Positions 39,682-48,299 of a stretch of DNA of 64,000 nt are shown here, in pieces. The notes beneath the pieces were generated by a model. That model did no database searches. It was not told the origin of the DNA and saw only the letters and a program-made list of their open reading frames with translations. The stretch is taken from the NCBI GenBank assembly GCA_044869275.1, contig JBIOXB010000036.1, positions 25,621 to 89,620 on the forward strand. Reading direction: 5' to 3'. Every line of letters starts with the position of its first letter. Within the stretch, counting starts at the first letter, position 1. This stretch comes from a bacterium. GTDB taxonomy: Bacteria > Zhuqueibacterota > Zhuqueibacteria > Zhuqueibacterales > Zhuqueibacteraceae. Position numbers and translations under genes: made by a program.

Positions 39682-39798
39682 ATGAGCAGCGAGCTTTTCG
39701 CCCATGCGGCACAAAACCGGCGCGTGGCCAAAATTTTGATCGGCATTTTGTTGCTGCTCGTTGCCATTACCATTGTCACCGTGCTCATGAAAAACTAA
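39682..39798 (+). CDS. 38-aa single-TM protein inside the cox operon
   Basis: My translation MSSELFAHAAQNRRVAKILIGILLLLVAITIVTVLMKN*. It fills the coxA-coxC gap and is below the ORF-track cutoff. Confidence 0.6.
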   Translation: MSSELFAHAAQNRRVAKILIGILLLLVAITIVTVLMKN

Positions 39799-39811
39799 TC
39801 TCTCTTTGCGC

Positions 39812-40531
39812 ATGATTCCGCTCTTTGCCACCGCCGACCTGCCCGTCGAATTGGAGCACGAGCGTGAAGCCGATCGCGCTCTCCAGATCAAGCACAACGG
39901 CAACGGCTCGCCGCCCATCATTCCGGATTTGCCATTTGGCCCGGACGACCACGGCTCCGACGGCGAAGCAAAGCCGCAAACACACGTGCACAATGCACTG
40001 CTCGGCATGCTGTTGTTTTTGGGCACGGATTTGATGTTCTTCGTCGCCTTGATCGGAGCGTATTTGGTGTTTCGCCTGGGCAGCGCGGATTGGCCGCCCA
40101 TGAGCCAGCCGCGCCTGCCGATCGCCGTCACCGGCATTAACACCGCGATCTTGCTGGCCAGCGGTTATACGATGTTTCGTGCGTGGCGCGCGTTGCGCAA
40201 CGATCATCAGCGCAGCATGATTCGGCTGCTGACACTGACCGCCGTTTTGGGCGCGACGTTTTTAGTGGTGCAAGGCTCGGAATGGGTGCGCCTCGTCAGC
40301 TTTGGCTTGACCATGTCCTCCAGCGTTTACGGCGCGATCTTCTACACGCTGATTGGCTGTCACGCCGTGCACGTGCTCGGCGCGGTGGTCTGGCTGTTGA
40401 TCGTACTGGCCATGGCACGGCGGAAGCGTTTCTCCGCGAAACGGCATGTGGCGCTGCAATTATGTGGCATGTATTGGTTTCTCGTTGTTGCGCTATGGCC
40501 GATTTTGTACACGTTGGTTTATGTGAATTAA
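39812..40531 (+). CDS. coxC: cytochrome c oxidase subunit III
   Basis: LGMLLFLGTDLMFF, NTAILLASG, FYTLIGCHAVHV, YWFLV. Confidence 0.9.
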   Translation: MIPLFATADLPVELEHEREADRALQIKHNGNGSPPIIPDLPFGPDDHGSDGEAKPQTHVHNALLGMLLFLGTDLMFFVALIGAYLVFRLGSADWPPMSQPRLPIAVTGINTAILLASGYTMFRAWRALRNDHQRSMIRLLTLTAVLGATFLVVQGSEWVRLVSFGLTMSSSVYGAIFYTLIGCHAVHVLGAVVWLLIVLAMARRKRFSAKRHVALQLCGMYWFLVVALWPILYTLVYVN

Positions 40532-40547
40532 TCTGACTGGACACTTT

Positions 40548-40817
40548 ATGCGAAAATGCACTGCAATCTTCTCGTTCACGCTCGCCACGATCACGCTGCT
40601 GCCTCCCGTGCTGGCGCAAGCCTGTCCCGGCTGTAGTAACGCTTTGAACGGTGATCTCGGCTTCGGCCTCAACGCCAGCATTTTGTTCATGATGGCCATG
40701 CCATTTACCGTTGCCGGCGGAGTGGCCGCTGGGATCGTCTTGCTGTATCGCAAAACTTCGCAAACACAGGCATCCGCAAAACGCGAACTTCCAAACCCAA
40801 AGGAGACGGGAAATTGA
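40548..40817 (+). CDS. small membrane protein with signal peptide and CxxC
   Basis: VLAQACPGC followed by GLNASILFMMAMPF TM. Overlaps the next gene's start. Confidence 0.75.
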   Translation: MRKCTAIFSFTLATITLLPPVLAQACPGCSNALNGDLGFGLNASILFMMAMPFTVAGGVAAGIVLLYRKTSQTQASAKRELPNPKETGN

Positions 40818-41431
40818 GCCAGGTTGCCGCAATGCATCACGCCGTCGAGCCGGCGGAATCGCCCCTCACCCCGGAGAGCTGGGGCAAGCTCGGCATGTGG
40901 GTGTTTCTCGCCGGCGACGCCATGTCGTTCGGCGCACTGCTGGCTGGCTACGGCGCCATACGCGCCGGCAGCGTGGACTGGCCGGTGCCGGCGAATGTGC
41001 TCGGTATCAGGCTGACCGCGATCATGACCTTTCTGCTCATTTGCAGCAGTGTTACCATGGTCAAGGCCTTGTCCGCCATCCGGCACGGCGATGCCAAGAG
41101 AATGCGCATGTTCTTGTCACTGACCATTTTGGGCGGCACCTTGTTTTTGGGGATGCAGGCCTATGAGTGGACGCATCTCATTCACGGCGGCTTGCACTTC
41201 ACCAGCAATCCCTACGGCAACTATTTGTTTGGCACGACCTTCTTCGCCATCACCGGTTTCCACGGCATGCATGTCACTGGCGGGGTGATTTACCTGACCA
41301 TCGTCACGCTCAATAGCCTGCGTGGCACTTATTCCGCCGAGAATTTCAACGCCGTTGAAATTCTCGGCTTGTATTGGCATTTTGTCGATCTCGTATGGAT
41401 TTTGGTGTTCACTTTCGTTTATTTGATTTGA
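40814..41431 (+). CDS. coxC: cytochrome c oxidase subunit III (second copy)
   Basis: KLGMWVFLAGDAMSF, TFLLICSSVTM, FFAITGFHGMHV, GLYWHFVDLVW. Confidence 0.93.
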   Translation: MSQVAAMHHAVEPAESPLTPESWGKLGMWVFLAGDAMSFGALLAGYGAIRAGSVDWPVPANVLGIRLTAIMTFLLICSSVTMVKALSAIRHGDAKRMRMFLSLTILGGTLFLGMQAYEWTHLIHGGLHFTSNPYGNYLFGTTFFAITGFHGMHVTGGVIYLTIVTLNSLRGTYSAENFNAVEILGLYWHFVDLVWILVFTFVYLI

Positions 41432-41478
41432 ACGAATGGCACAAGGCGAGAATCACCATCAGTAACGAGGAAAACCCC

Positions 41479-41820
41479 ATGTCCACGACGCATCAAGAAC
41501 CGAACTACATGCATATTTTTTATGCGCTGAGCGTTTTGACGGCGGTCGAAATTGGCGCCGTCTTTTTGCCCATCGACAAAATGATCATCGCCGTCATGCT
41601 CGTCACTCTGGCGCTGGCCAAAGCGGTACTGGTCGCGATGTATTTCATGCATCTCAAGTTTGAGAAGCGCACGCTCGGCATTATTGCGCTCACGCCGTTG
41701 ATTCTGTGCGCGCTGCTGATCATCGCGCTGCTGCCCGATCTCACCAGCACGCCGCACAAATCCACGATCAAAGCGGCAGCACAGGCGGAGCAGCCTCACG
41801 AGCAAGCAGCGACGGAATGA
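41479..41820 (+). CDS. coxD: cytochrome c oxidase subunit IV
   Basis: LTAVE, AKAVLVAMYFMHLKFE. Confidence 0.9.
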   Translation: MSTTHQEPNYMHIFYALSVLTAVEIGAVFLPIDKMIIAVMLVTLALAKAVLVAMYFMHLKFEKRTLGIIALTPLILCALLIIALLPDLTSTPHKSTIKAAAQAEQPHEQAATE

Positions 41821-41845
41821 TTCTCGTTATGATTACTCCATAAAT

Positions 41846-41972
41846 AATCGCGGATCGAAGATCGAGGATGGATGATCGCTCTCATTGCACTATTAGATGG
41901 CAAATAGATTCAAGCGATCTTCGACAATCGCTCATCAATCTTCGATTCTCGATCTTCCATCTTCGATTCTCG
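41846..41972. repeat. palindromic heptamer array
   Basis: AATCGCG GATCGAA GATCGAG GATGGAT GATCGCT ... ATCTTCG ATTCTCG ATCTTCC ATCTTCG ATTCTCG. Confidence 0.75.
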
Positions 41973-41979
41973 AATAAAT

Positions 41980-42966
41980 ATGCGCATTACCCGCACCAGC
42001 AACAACAAATGGCTTCATCGCTTTGCCGTCCTCGTCGCCGGCGCAACTTATATTTTGATCTTCATCGGCGGATTGGTGACCAGCACCGGCTCCGGCTTGG
42101 CTGTTCCTGACTGGCCAACGACATACGGCCATTTCATGTTCTCATTTCCGCTTTCGCAGATGGTGGGCGGGATTTTTTATGAACACGGCCATCGTATGGT
42201 CGCGAGCGTCGTCGGGATGTTCATGGTCATACTCGCGGTGTGGCTGTGGCTGAAAGAACCACGGCGTTGGGTGCGCCGTTTGGGCTGGCTGGCGTTGGCC
42301 ACCGTGGTGCTGCAAGGCGTTTTGGGCGGATTGACCGTGCTCTTTTTGCTGCCCACGCCGGTGTCCGTGGGCCACGGCACATTGGCACAAACTTTTTTTT
42401 GCCTGACAATTGGCTTGGCGGTGTCTACCTCGCCGGGATGGCAAAAGCCGCGCACCAAACGGGAAGACGCCCATCGCCCTGCTTTGCAGACCTTGACACT
42501 GGCCACCACCGGGCTGGTTTTTATCCAGCTCATCATCGGTGCGATCATGCGACACAGCAAAGCCGGCTTGGCCATTCCCGATTTTCCCCTGGCATTCGGC
42601 AAAGTTATCCCGCCCCTCGATACGTTCGGTATCGCCATCAATTTTGCGCATCGCACGGGCGCAGTGGTGGTGACCATTTTTATGGTTTGGACGGTGGCGC
42701 GAATTTTCCGATATTTTTATAACGAAGCGTTATTGCTGCGGCCGGCCTTGTTGCTGTCGGTCGCCATCCTGGCGCAATTGACTCTGGGCGCTTTTACCGT
42801 CTGGACGCAAAAAAATGTTTGGATCACGACCGCGCACGTCGCCTGCGGTGCGTTGCTATTGGGCGCGAGCTTGGTGCTGGCGCTGCGGGCAAATAAATTT
42901 TTAACGGATTCCACAGAGGTTTTGGATCGTTTCGAACTTGCGCATGGAATGTCGAAAACAAGGTAA
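41980..42966 (+). CDS. ctaA: heme A synthase (COX15/CtaA)
   Basis: GGLVTSTGSGLAVPDWP, EHGHR, QGVLGGLTV, GHG, FAHR, AHVA. Confidence 0.92.
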   Translation: MRITRTSNNKWLHRFAVLVAGATYILIFIGGLVTSTGSGLAVPDWPTTYGHFMFSFPLSQMVGGIFYEHGHRMVASVVGMFMVILAVWLWLKEPRRWVRRLGWLALATVVLQGVLGGLTVLFLLPTPVSVGHGTLAQTFFCLTIGLAVSTSPGWQKPRTKREDAHRPALQTLTLATTGLVFIQLIIGAIMRHSKAGLAIPDFPLAFGKVIPPLDTFGIAINFAHRTGAVVVTIFMVWTVARIFRYFYNEALLLRPALLLSVAILAQLTLGAFTVWTQKNVWITTAHVACGALLLGASLVLALRANKFLTDSTEVLDRFELAHGMSKTR

Positions 42967-43061
42967 AGGTTGATGGAAACATTCGCTCTCGCTTGACGTT
43001 TGCGGCATATGGTCGATGAAGTGGAGTTTCTCCTCGGCGAGAATTGGCAAAATAACCCTAA

Positions 43062-43192
43062 CAGGATGCTGAAAAAGTCTCGGATTGGTCGAATTTGTCA
43101 TTCCCGCGAAAGCGGGAATCCATGATTTCTTTGGGCTTTCTGGATACCCGCTTTCGCGGGTATGACATCAAAAAGGGTTTTTCAGCATCCTG
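43062..43192. mobile_element. MITE-like element containing two facing REP-like hairpins
   Basis: Perfect 15-bp terminal inverted repeats CAGGATGCTGAAAAA / TTTTTCAGCATCCTG, with TA one base outside each end. Internal TGTCATTCCCGCGAAAGCGGGAATCCA and inverted TGGATACCCGCTTTCGCGGGTATGACA. Confidence 0.75.
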
Positions 43193-43218
43193 CTAAAGCA
43201 GATTGCGTAGACGCTCTG

Positions 43219-44145
43219 ATGATGAATCAAACAAAATTCTCAGATTATCTTTCCCTCACCAAGCCCCGCGTCACGTTCATGGTGTTGCTCACCATGCTCT
43301 TCGGTTTTTATCTGGGCGCGCGCGGGGAGATGGACGCCATGCTGCTTTTTTTCGCCCTGGCGGGAACCGCTCTGGTTGCCGGCGGCACGAGCGCGTTCAA
43401 TCAATATCTCGAGCGTGACCTCGACGCCAAAATGCTGCGCACGAGAAACCGCCCTTTGCCCGCGGGGAGAATTTCGCCGCGCCGGGCGCTCGCGTTCAGC
43501 GCGACCATTTCGATCACCGGGCTCTTGCTTTTGGCATGGCAGGTGAATGCGTTGACGGCTTTGCTGGCGGCGCTGACCCTGGTGAGTTATGTTTTTCTTT
43601 ATACGCCGCTCAAGCGCAAGAGCCATCTCTCGACGCTGGTGGGAGCGATTCCGGGCGCGCTGCCGCCGATGGGCGGCTGGACCGCCGCGCGCGGCGAGAT
43701 CGGCATCGAGGCCTGGGTGTTGTTCGCCATTTTGTTTCTCTGGCAGCTTCCGCATTTTCTCGCCATCGCCTGGATGTATCGCGAAGATTATGCACGCGGC
43801 GGCTTTCCCATGCTGCCGGTGATCGATCCCGAAGGCCGCAGCACCGGCCGGCAAATCGTGAGCAATTGCCTGGCGCTGCTGCCGGTGAGCCTGCTGCCTT
43901 CACTGCTCGGCATTTCCGGAGCAACGTATTTTTTCGGCGCACTGATTTTGGGCTTGATTTTTTTCGCCTGCGGCGCTGCCCTTCATTTTCAACGCAACAA
44001 TCTCGCCGCGCGGCGCTTGATGCGCGCCTCCCTCGTTTATTTGCCGGTGCTGCTCGCGCTGATGGCATTAGATAAATCTCACTCCCCCAAAGCAGCAGGC
44101 TTTGCCCACGAACCCGCCGGGCAAGCTGTGCAAAAAACGGAATGA
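43219..44145 (+). CDS. ctaB: protoheme IX farnesyltransferase (heme O synthase)
   Basis: LTKPRV, ERDLDAKMLRTRNRPLPAG, YTPLKR, GAIPGALPPMGGW, WQLPHFLAIAW, EDYARGG. Confidence 0.95.
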   Translation: MMNQTKFSDYLSLTKPRVTFMVLLTMLFGFYLGARGEMDAMLLFFALAGTALVAGGTSAFNQYLERDLDAKMLRTRNRPLPAGRISPRRALAFSATISITGLLLLAWQVNALTALLAALTLVSYVFLYTPLKRKSHLSTLVGAIPGALPPMGGWTAARGEIGIEAWVLFAILFLWQLPHFLAIAWMYREDYARGGFPMLPVIDPEGRSTGRQIVSNCLALLPVSLLPSLLGISGATYFFGALILGLIFFACGAALHFQRNNLAARRLMRASLVYLPVLLALMALDKSHSPKAAGFAHEPAGQAVQKTE

Positions 44146-44187
44146 TTTGTTCAGCCGGGGCTATTTGATCCTGGCATTCGATGCGCT

Positions 44188-44814
44188 ATGAAGGAACGAT
44201 CTGCGTCTCGCCTCTTATGGGTGCTTGCCGGCACCGCGGTGATTGCCGTTTCGGGATTTTCCGCATGGCGCTGGCTGGCGCCGCGGCCTGAGCCTTTGCC
44301 GGTGTTCGCCGCGATTCCGGATTTTTCCCTTACCGAACGCAGCGGCGAGCCCTTCGGCCTCGCACAATTACGCGGCCACGTGTGGATTGCCGATTTCATT
44401 TTCACCAACTGCGGCGGCACCTGCCCGATCATGACCACCCAGATGACGGAGCTGCAAGAGGCGCTGCAAAAAGAGAAATTCACCGCCGTGAAACTGGTTT
44501 CTTTCACGGTCGACCCGGAACGTGACACACCGGAAGTGTTACGCCGCTTTGCGGATGGTTATGGTGCGGCACAGGACAAATGGTACTTTGTCACCGGGCC
44601 TGGCCAGAAGATACAAGAACTCGCGCAGGAAGGCTTTATGCTGGCCGCGGCCGCGAGCGGAGGCAATCCCGACGAGGACATTATTCACAGCAACCGTTTT
44701 GTGTTGATTGATGCACAAGGCCGCATTCGCAAATACTATTTGGGCACCGAGCCGGGCATTGCGCAACAGATTTTGCAGGACGTCAAAAGCTTGCTCGCCG
44801 AGGGGCATTCGTGA
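44188..44814 (+). CDS. SCO family copper chaperone
   Basis: N-terminal TM, FIFTNCGGTCP (CxxxC), VDPERDT, HSNRFVLID. Confidence 0.94.
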   Translation: MKERSASRLLWVLAGTAVIAVSGFSAWRWLAPRPEPLPVFAAIPDFSLTERSGEPFGLAQLRGHVWIADFIFTNCGGTCPIMTTQMTELQEALQKEKFTAVKLVSFTVDPERDTPEVLRRFADGYGAAQDKWYFVTGPGQKIQELAQEGFMLAAAASGGNPDEDIIHSNRFVLIDAQGRIRKYYLGTEPGIAQQILQDVKSLLAEGHS

Positions 44815-45230
44815 TTCCGGTCTCCGTTCTTCCCCACCTCAACGCCACGCTCAACGCCGCCAGTGGAATTTTTTTGTTGTTCGGCTATTGGTTCATTCGC
44901 CGCAAGCGCATTCGCCAGCACAAATTCTGCATGCTCGGCGCCGTTGCCGTATCGATTCTCTTTTTCACCAGCTACATTATTTATCACTCCCTCGCCGGCT
45001 CCCGGCCCTTTCAAGGCCAAGGCTCGATCCGCACCATCTATTTCGCCATCCTGTTCTCGCATACGGTTCTCGCCGTGGTCAACGTGCCCATCGTCATCGT
45101 GACGCTGGTGCGCGCCTTCAAAGAAAAATTCGACCAGCATGCCCGCCTCGCCTCGCGCGTGACCTTCCCGCTGTGGATGTACGTTTCGATTACCGGCGTC
45201 ATCGTTTATTTCATGCTGTATCACTTCTGA
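44811..45230 (+). CDS. DUF420 membrane protein
   Basis: LPHLNATLN, HKFCM, YIIYH, ILFSH, WMYVSITGVIVY. Confidence 0.9.
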   Translation: MIPVSVLPHLNATLNAASGIFLLFGYWFIRRKRIRQHKFCMLGAVAVSILFFTSYIIYHSLAGSRPFQGQGSIRTIYFAILFSHTVLAVVNVPIVIVTLVRAFKEKFDQHARLASRVTFPLWMYVSITGVIVYFMLYHF

Positions 45231-45325
45231 TCGCCAGCGAATTGCCCCATTGGAGTGATGCGATCGTTTGAGGAATGGAGTGAGGGGATTCTACGCTCAA
45301 AGGTTCATCAATTCAGACAAGACGC

Positions 45326-46117
45326 TCACGCCAGAGTGCCGGTTTTTCTACGCGAAAGCAAAGCCACTGCCAACAGCGCCCAGGTGAACCAGAAGGTCAT
45401 GGTGAATGAGGATTCAAAAGACGGCAGCAGCATGCCGGCGCGCACGCTGGCGGGATACAAACACTGCCGCAAAGCAGACATGCCATAGGTGAGCGGATTC
45501 AAGGCCATCAGCCATTTGAGGGGAAGGGGCGTTCCCGCCGCCGGAAAAAAAGCGCCCGAGAGCAGCCACAGTGGAATCAAAAAGACATTCATCACCACGT
45601 GAAAGCCCTGAGTTGATTCCATGCGCCAGGCAATGGCGAATCCCAGCGCGGTGAGTGACAATGCCAGGAGCGCCAGCACGCCCAGAGTGGCGGGCATCGT
45701 GCTCATGGAAAGAGGAATTCCGATCGCCGGTGCCAACACTAAAAACAGCAAAGTTTGCAGCCAGGCCAGTGTCGCTCCGCCTAACACTTTGCCCAAAACC
45801 AGGACGACCGCAGGAATGGGCGCCACCAGCACGCTCTGCAAAAAACCTTCACGGCGATCTTCGATCACGGAAATGTTGCTGAAGATCGAGCTGAACAGCA
45901 GAATCAAGAGAAGCGTGCCTGGGAAAAAATACTCGAGATAGTTGATGTGCGCGGGCATGCCGGCGGGTCGAAAAGAAGGGCCCAAGCCCGCGCCGAGCAG
46001 CAGCCAGAACAGCAACGGCTGTCCCAACGCGCCGAAGACACGGCTGCGCTGGCGCACGAAGCGCACGATTTCCCGCTGCCATAAAGTAGCGATGGGTAGG
46101 AGCAGAGAAGAAATCAT
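45326..46117 (-). CDS. ABC-2 type exporter permease
   Basis: WQREIVRFVRQRSR, DRREGFLQSVLVAP, LSGAFFP, NPLTYG. Confidence 0.92.
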   Translation of the reverse strand: MISSLLLPIATLWQREIVRFVRQRSRVFGALGQPLLFWLLLGAGLGPSFRPAGMPAHINYLEYFFPGTLLLILLFSSIFSNISVIEDRREGFLQSVLVAPIPAVVLVLGKVLGGATLAWLQTLLFLVLAPAIGIPLSMSTMPATLGVLALLALSLTALGFAIAWRMESTQGFHVVMNVFLIPLWLLSGAFFPAAGTPLPLKWLMALNPLTYGMSALRQCLYPASVRAGMLLPSFESSFTMTFWFTWALLAVALLSRRKTGTLA

Positions 46118-46169
46118 TTTACGGGCAGTTACATTTGACGTTACAAGTGATGTTTCCAGAAACCACCGC

Positions 46170-46260
46170 TGTCATTCTGCAAGAATCTTCCAACGCTCTG
46201 GGTATCTAGCCAAAATCAAACACAGTGCCGTCACTTGGGGAAGATTCCTGCGGAATGACA
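46170..46260. repeat. 22-bp inverted repeat (TGTCATTC... family)
   Basis: TGTCATTCTGCAAGAATCTTCC (46170-46191) / GGAAGATTCCTGCGGAATGACA (46239-46260), 2 mismatches. Confidence 0.7.
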
Positions 46261-46318
46261 TTTTGCAGGGGCCCACGCTTGATTTCGGAGCAATGATGCA
46301 TAATTGCGATGATCAAAA

Positions 46319-47263
46319 TCAATCGGGCTTTTCTTGATTCCAAAACTTATGACCAGTCTCTTTGATGAACACATCCTCCAAAGTCGGTTTGCTTACCGAA
46401 ATGGATTCTATCAAAGGTGAAAAAAGATCGTTCAACTTCGGCACGAGCTCATAGCCGTTCGTATGCTCGATACGGATCATACCGTCGACCGAAGCCGATT
46501 TTATTCGCAAAAGCGCATACAACTGCTTTTGAAATTCGGCCGGCGCAGCAGATTTCACCCAGATCACCTCACCGCCAATGCGCGCTTTCAATTCCTCCGG
46601 TGAGCCCAGCGCCACCAATCGGCCCTGATCGAGAATCGCAAGGCGGTCGCATTTTTCCGCTTCTTCCAGCAAGTGCGTGGTGAACAAGATCGTTGTGCCT
46701 TCGCTTGTGCACTGGGAGTGCAGAATCTGCCACAGTTCCCGGCGCACACCAGGATCAAGGCCGGTGCTGGGCTCGTCGAGCAACAAAATCGGCGGCCGCG
46801 ACAACAGCACTTTCGCCAATTCGACGCGACGGCGCAAGCCGCCGGACAATTTCTCCGCCCAATCCTGGCGCCGCTCATTCAAATCGAACTGCTGCAAGGC
46901 CGCCTCGATGCGGCCTTGTAAATCTGCGCCGCGCAGGCCCCACAAATGGCCGTGATGCAACAGGTTTTCAAACACGGTGAGCTTGACATCCAAGCTGGGG
47001 GATTGAAAGACGATGCCGAGCTTTGCGCGCACACGCTTGGCGGCACGCACACAATCAAGTCCCAGTATCTTTGCCTTCCCGCTCGTGGGCGGAAGGAGCG
47101 TGGACAAGATTCGAAAAAGCGTGGTCTTGCCGCTGCCGTTGGGGCCAAGGATGCCAAATATTTCCCCGGTAGAAACAGAAAAACCCACTTCATGGAGAGC
47201 TTGGCGCTCGCCATACAAGCGGGTCAAGTTTTCGATGACAATCGCGGGCTGCACAGATTTCAA
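46319..47263 (-). CDS. ABC exporter ATP-binding protein
   Basis: GPNGSGKT, LSGG, LLLDEP, TTH, KPTLEDVF. Confidence 0.94.
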   Translation of the reverse strand: MKSVQPAIVIENLTRLYGERQALHEVGFSVSTGEIFGILGPNGSGKTTLFRILSTLLPPTSGKAKILGLDCVRAAKRVRAKLGIVFQSPSLDVKLTVFENLLHHGHLWGLRGADLQGRIEAALQQFDLNERRQDWAEKLSGGLRRRVELAKVLLSRPPILLLDEPSTGLDPGVRRELWQILHSQCTSEGTTILFTTHLLEEAEKCDRLAILDQGRLVALGSPEELKARIGGEVIWVKSAAPAEFQKQLYALLRIKSASVDGMIRIEHTNGYELVPKLNDLFSPLIESISVSKPTLEDVFIKETGHKFWNQEKPD

Positions 47264-47287
47264 TTCAGCATCATCGGAGTCAAAAGA

Positions 47288-48076
47288 TCAATTCGCAGCA
47301 GCTGGAAAAGCAAAATTCAACGTCGCGGCCTGGCCAGCGGCGACGGTCACTTGGGCGGTTTTCGTGCCCAACTTTTCCTGCCAAAACTCAACGGTGTACG
47401 TTCCGGCGGGAACGTCCGCCAGCTTGAAAGCGCCGTTGGCATCCGTGATCACGTGATAAGGATGATCAACCACCATGATGCTCGCGCCCATCCACCCGTG
47501 CACGTCGCATTTCGCCGTCACCATTTCCGCGTTGGCAAAAGTCGCGGTCATTTCCTTTTTGAACTGTGGTTGTGACTTATTGAAGGGGGGATTCTTCTGG
47601 CTGTAGGTATGAATGTTGTGCAAAATGCCGTCGGGATTGAGAACTTTCACCGGCGCATTCACCGGCACGATCGAGACATGGGGGGAATACATACAGCCCT
47701 TTTGATCCAAAACAAAGGAGGTGCCGAGCGTTTCCAAGCCTTTACCAGATTTGATGCTTTTGATGCTCACGATCACATTTTTCACGCCGCCGTTCGCGCC
47801 CACCACCAGGCTTTCATCCAGGTGCTCGACTTTGCCGCACACTTGCGTGTCTTTCGTCACTGCCAGTTTCTTGGGCGCGGGCGCTTTGCCGGAATAGGTC
47901 ACGGTTCCCGCAATCGATCCGCCATTCTTCACCGCCGCCACCGTGTAAGCCGCAGCTTGCGGAGCAGACCCTGCTGCATTTGTATTGGGTACCGTTTTTT
48001 TGCTCTCATCGCCGCCGCTGCCCATGTTGAACAGCGCAGTTGTCGCCGCCAGAAACCACATCAGAACTGCTTGCAT
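47288..48076 (-). CDS. exported cupredoxin-like protein, paralog of 36129-36920
   Basis: Signal peptide, DQKGCMYSPHV, HNIH, CDVHGWM, VPAGTYTVEFWQE. GGAGG RBS present. Confidence 0.82.
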   Translation of the reverse strand: MQAVLMWFLAATTALFNMGSGGDESKKTVPNTNAAGSAPQAAAYTVAAVKNGGSIAGTVTYSGKAPAPKKLAVTKDTQVCGKVEHLDESLVVGANGGVKNVIVSIKSIKSGKGLETLGTSFVLDQKGCMYSPHVSIVPVNAPVKVLNPDGILHNIHTYSQKNPPFNKSQPQFKKEMTATFANAEMVTAKCDVHGWMGASIMVVDHPYHVITDANGAFKLADVPAGTYTVEFWQEKLGTKTAQVTVAAGQAATLNFAFPAAAN

Positions 48077-48299
48077 CGATACACCTCCCGCTAGCTGGAT
48101 GACTGATCACATCAGGTTGATTAAAGCCGGATGCCTTATTTCGCATCTCGTGCAAAGAGATTAACAATCCCTCCAAAGAATGTCAAGCATAAATTTCCAT
48201 CGCCCAAAATGCGGCTCACCCAGTGCGGAGAATGGCCATGATTCCGTAAGCATCAGCCGGCAGAAAAACTGGGATGTCCCAGAAATGAAAAAGTTGAGG

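Noticed and set aside
43162..43218. N-terminal extension MTSKRVFQHPAK on ctaB
   Set aside because: It derives from the right end of the MITE. The real start is more likely 43219 or 43222.
48103..48125. Possible FNR/CRP box upstream of the cupredoxin-like gene
   Set aside because: TGAT-N3-ATCA has the wrong spacing for TTGAT-N4-ATCAA.
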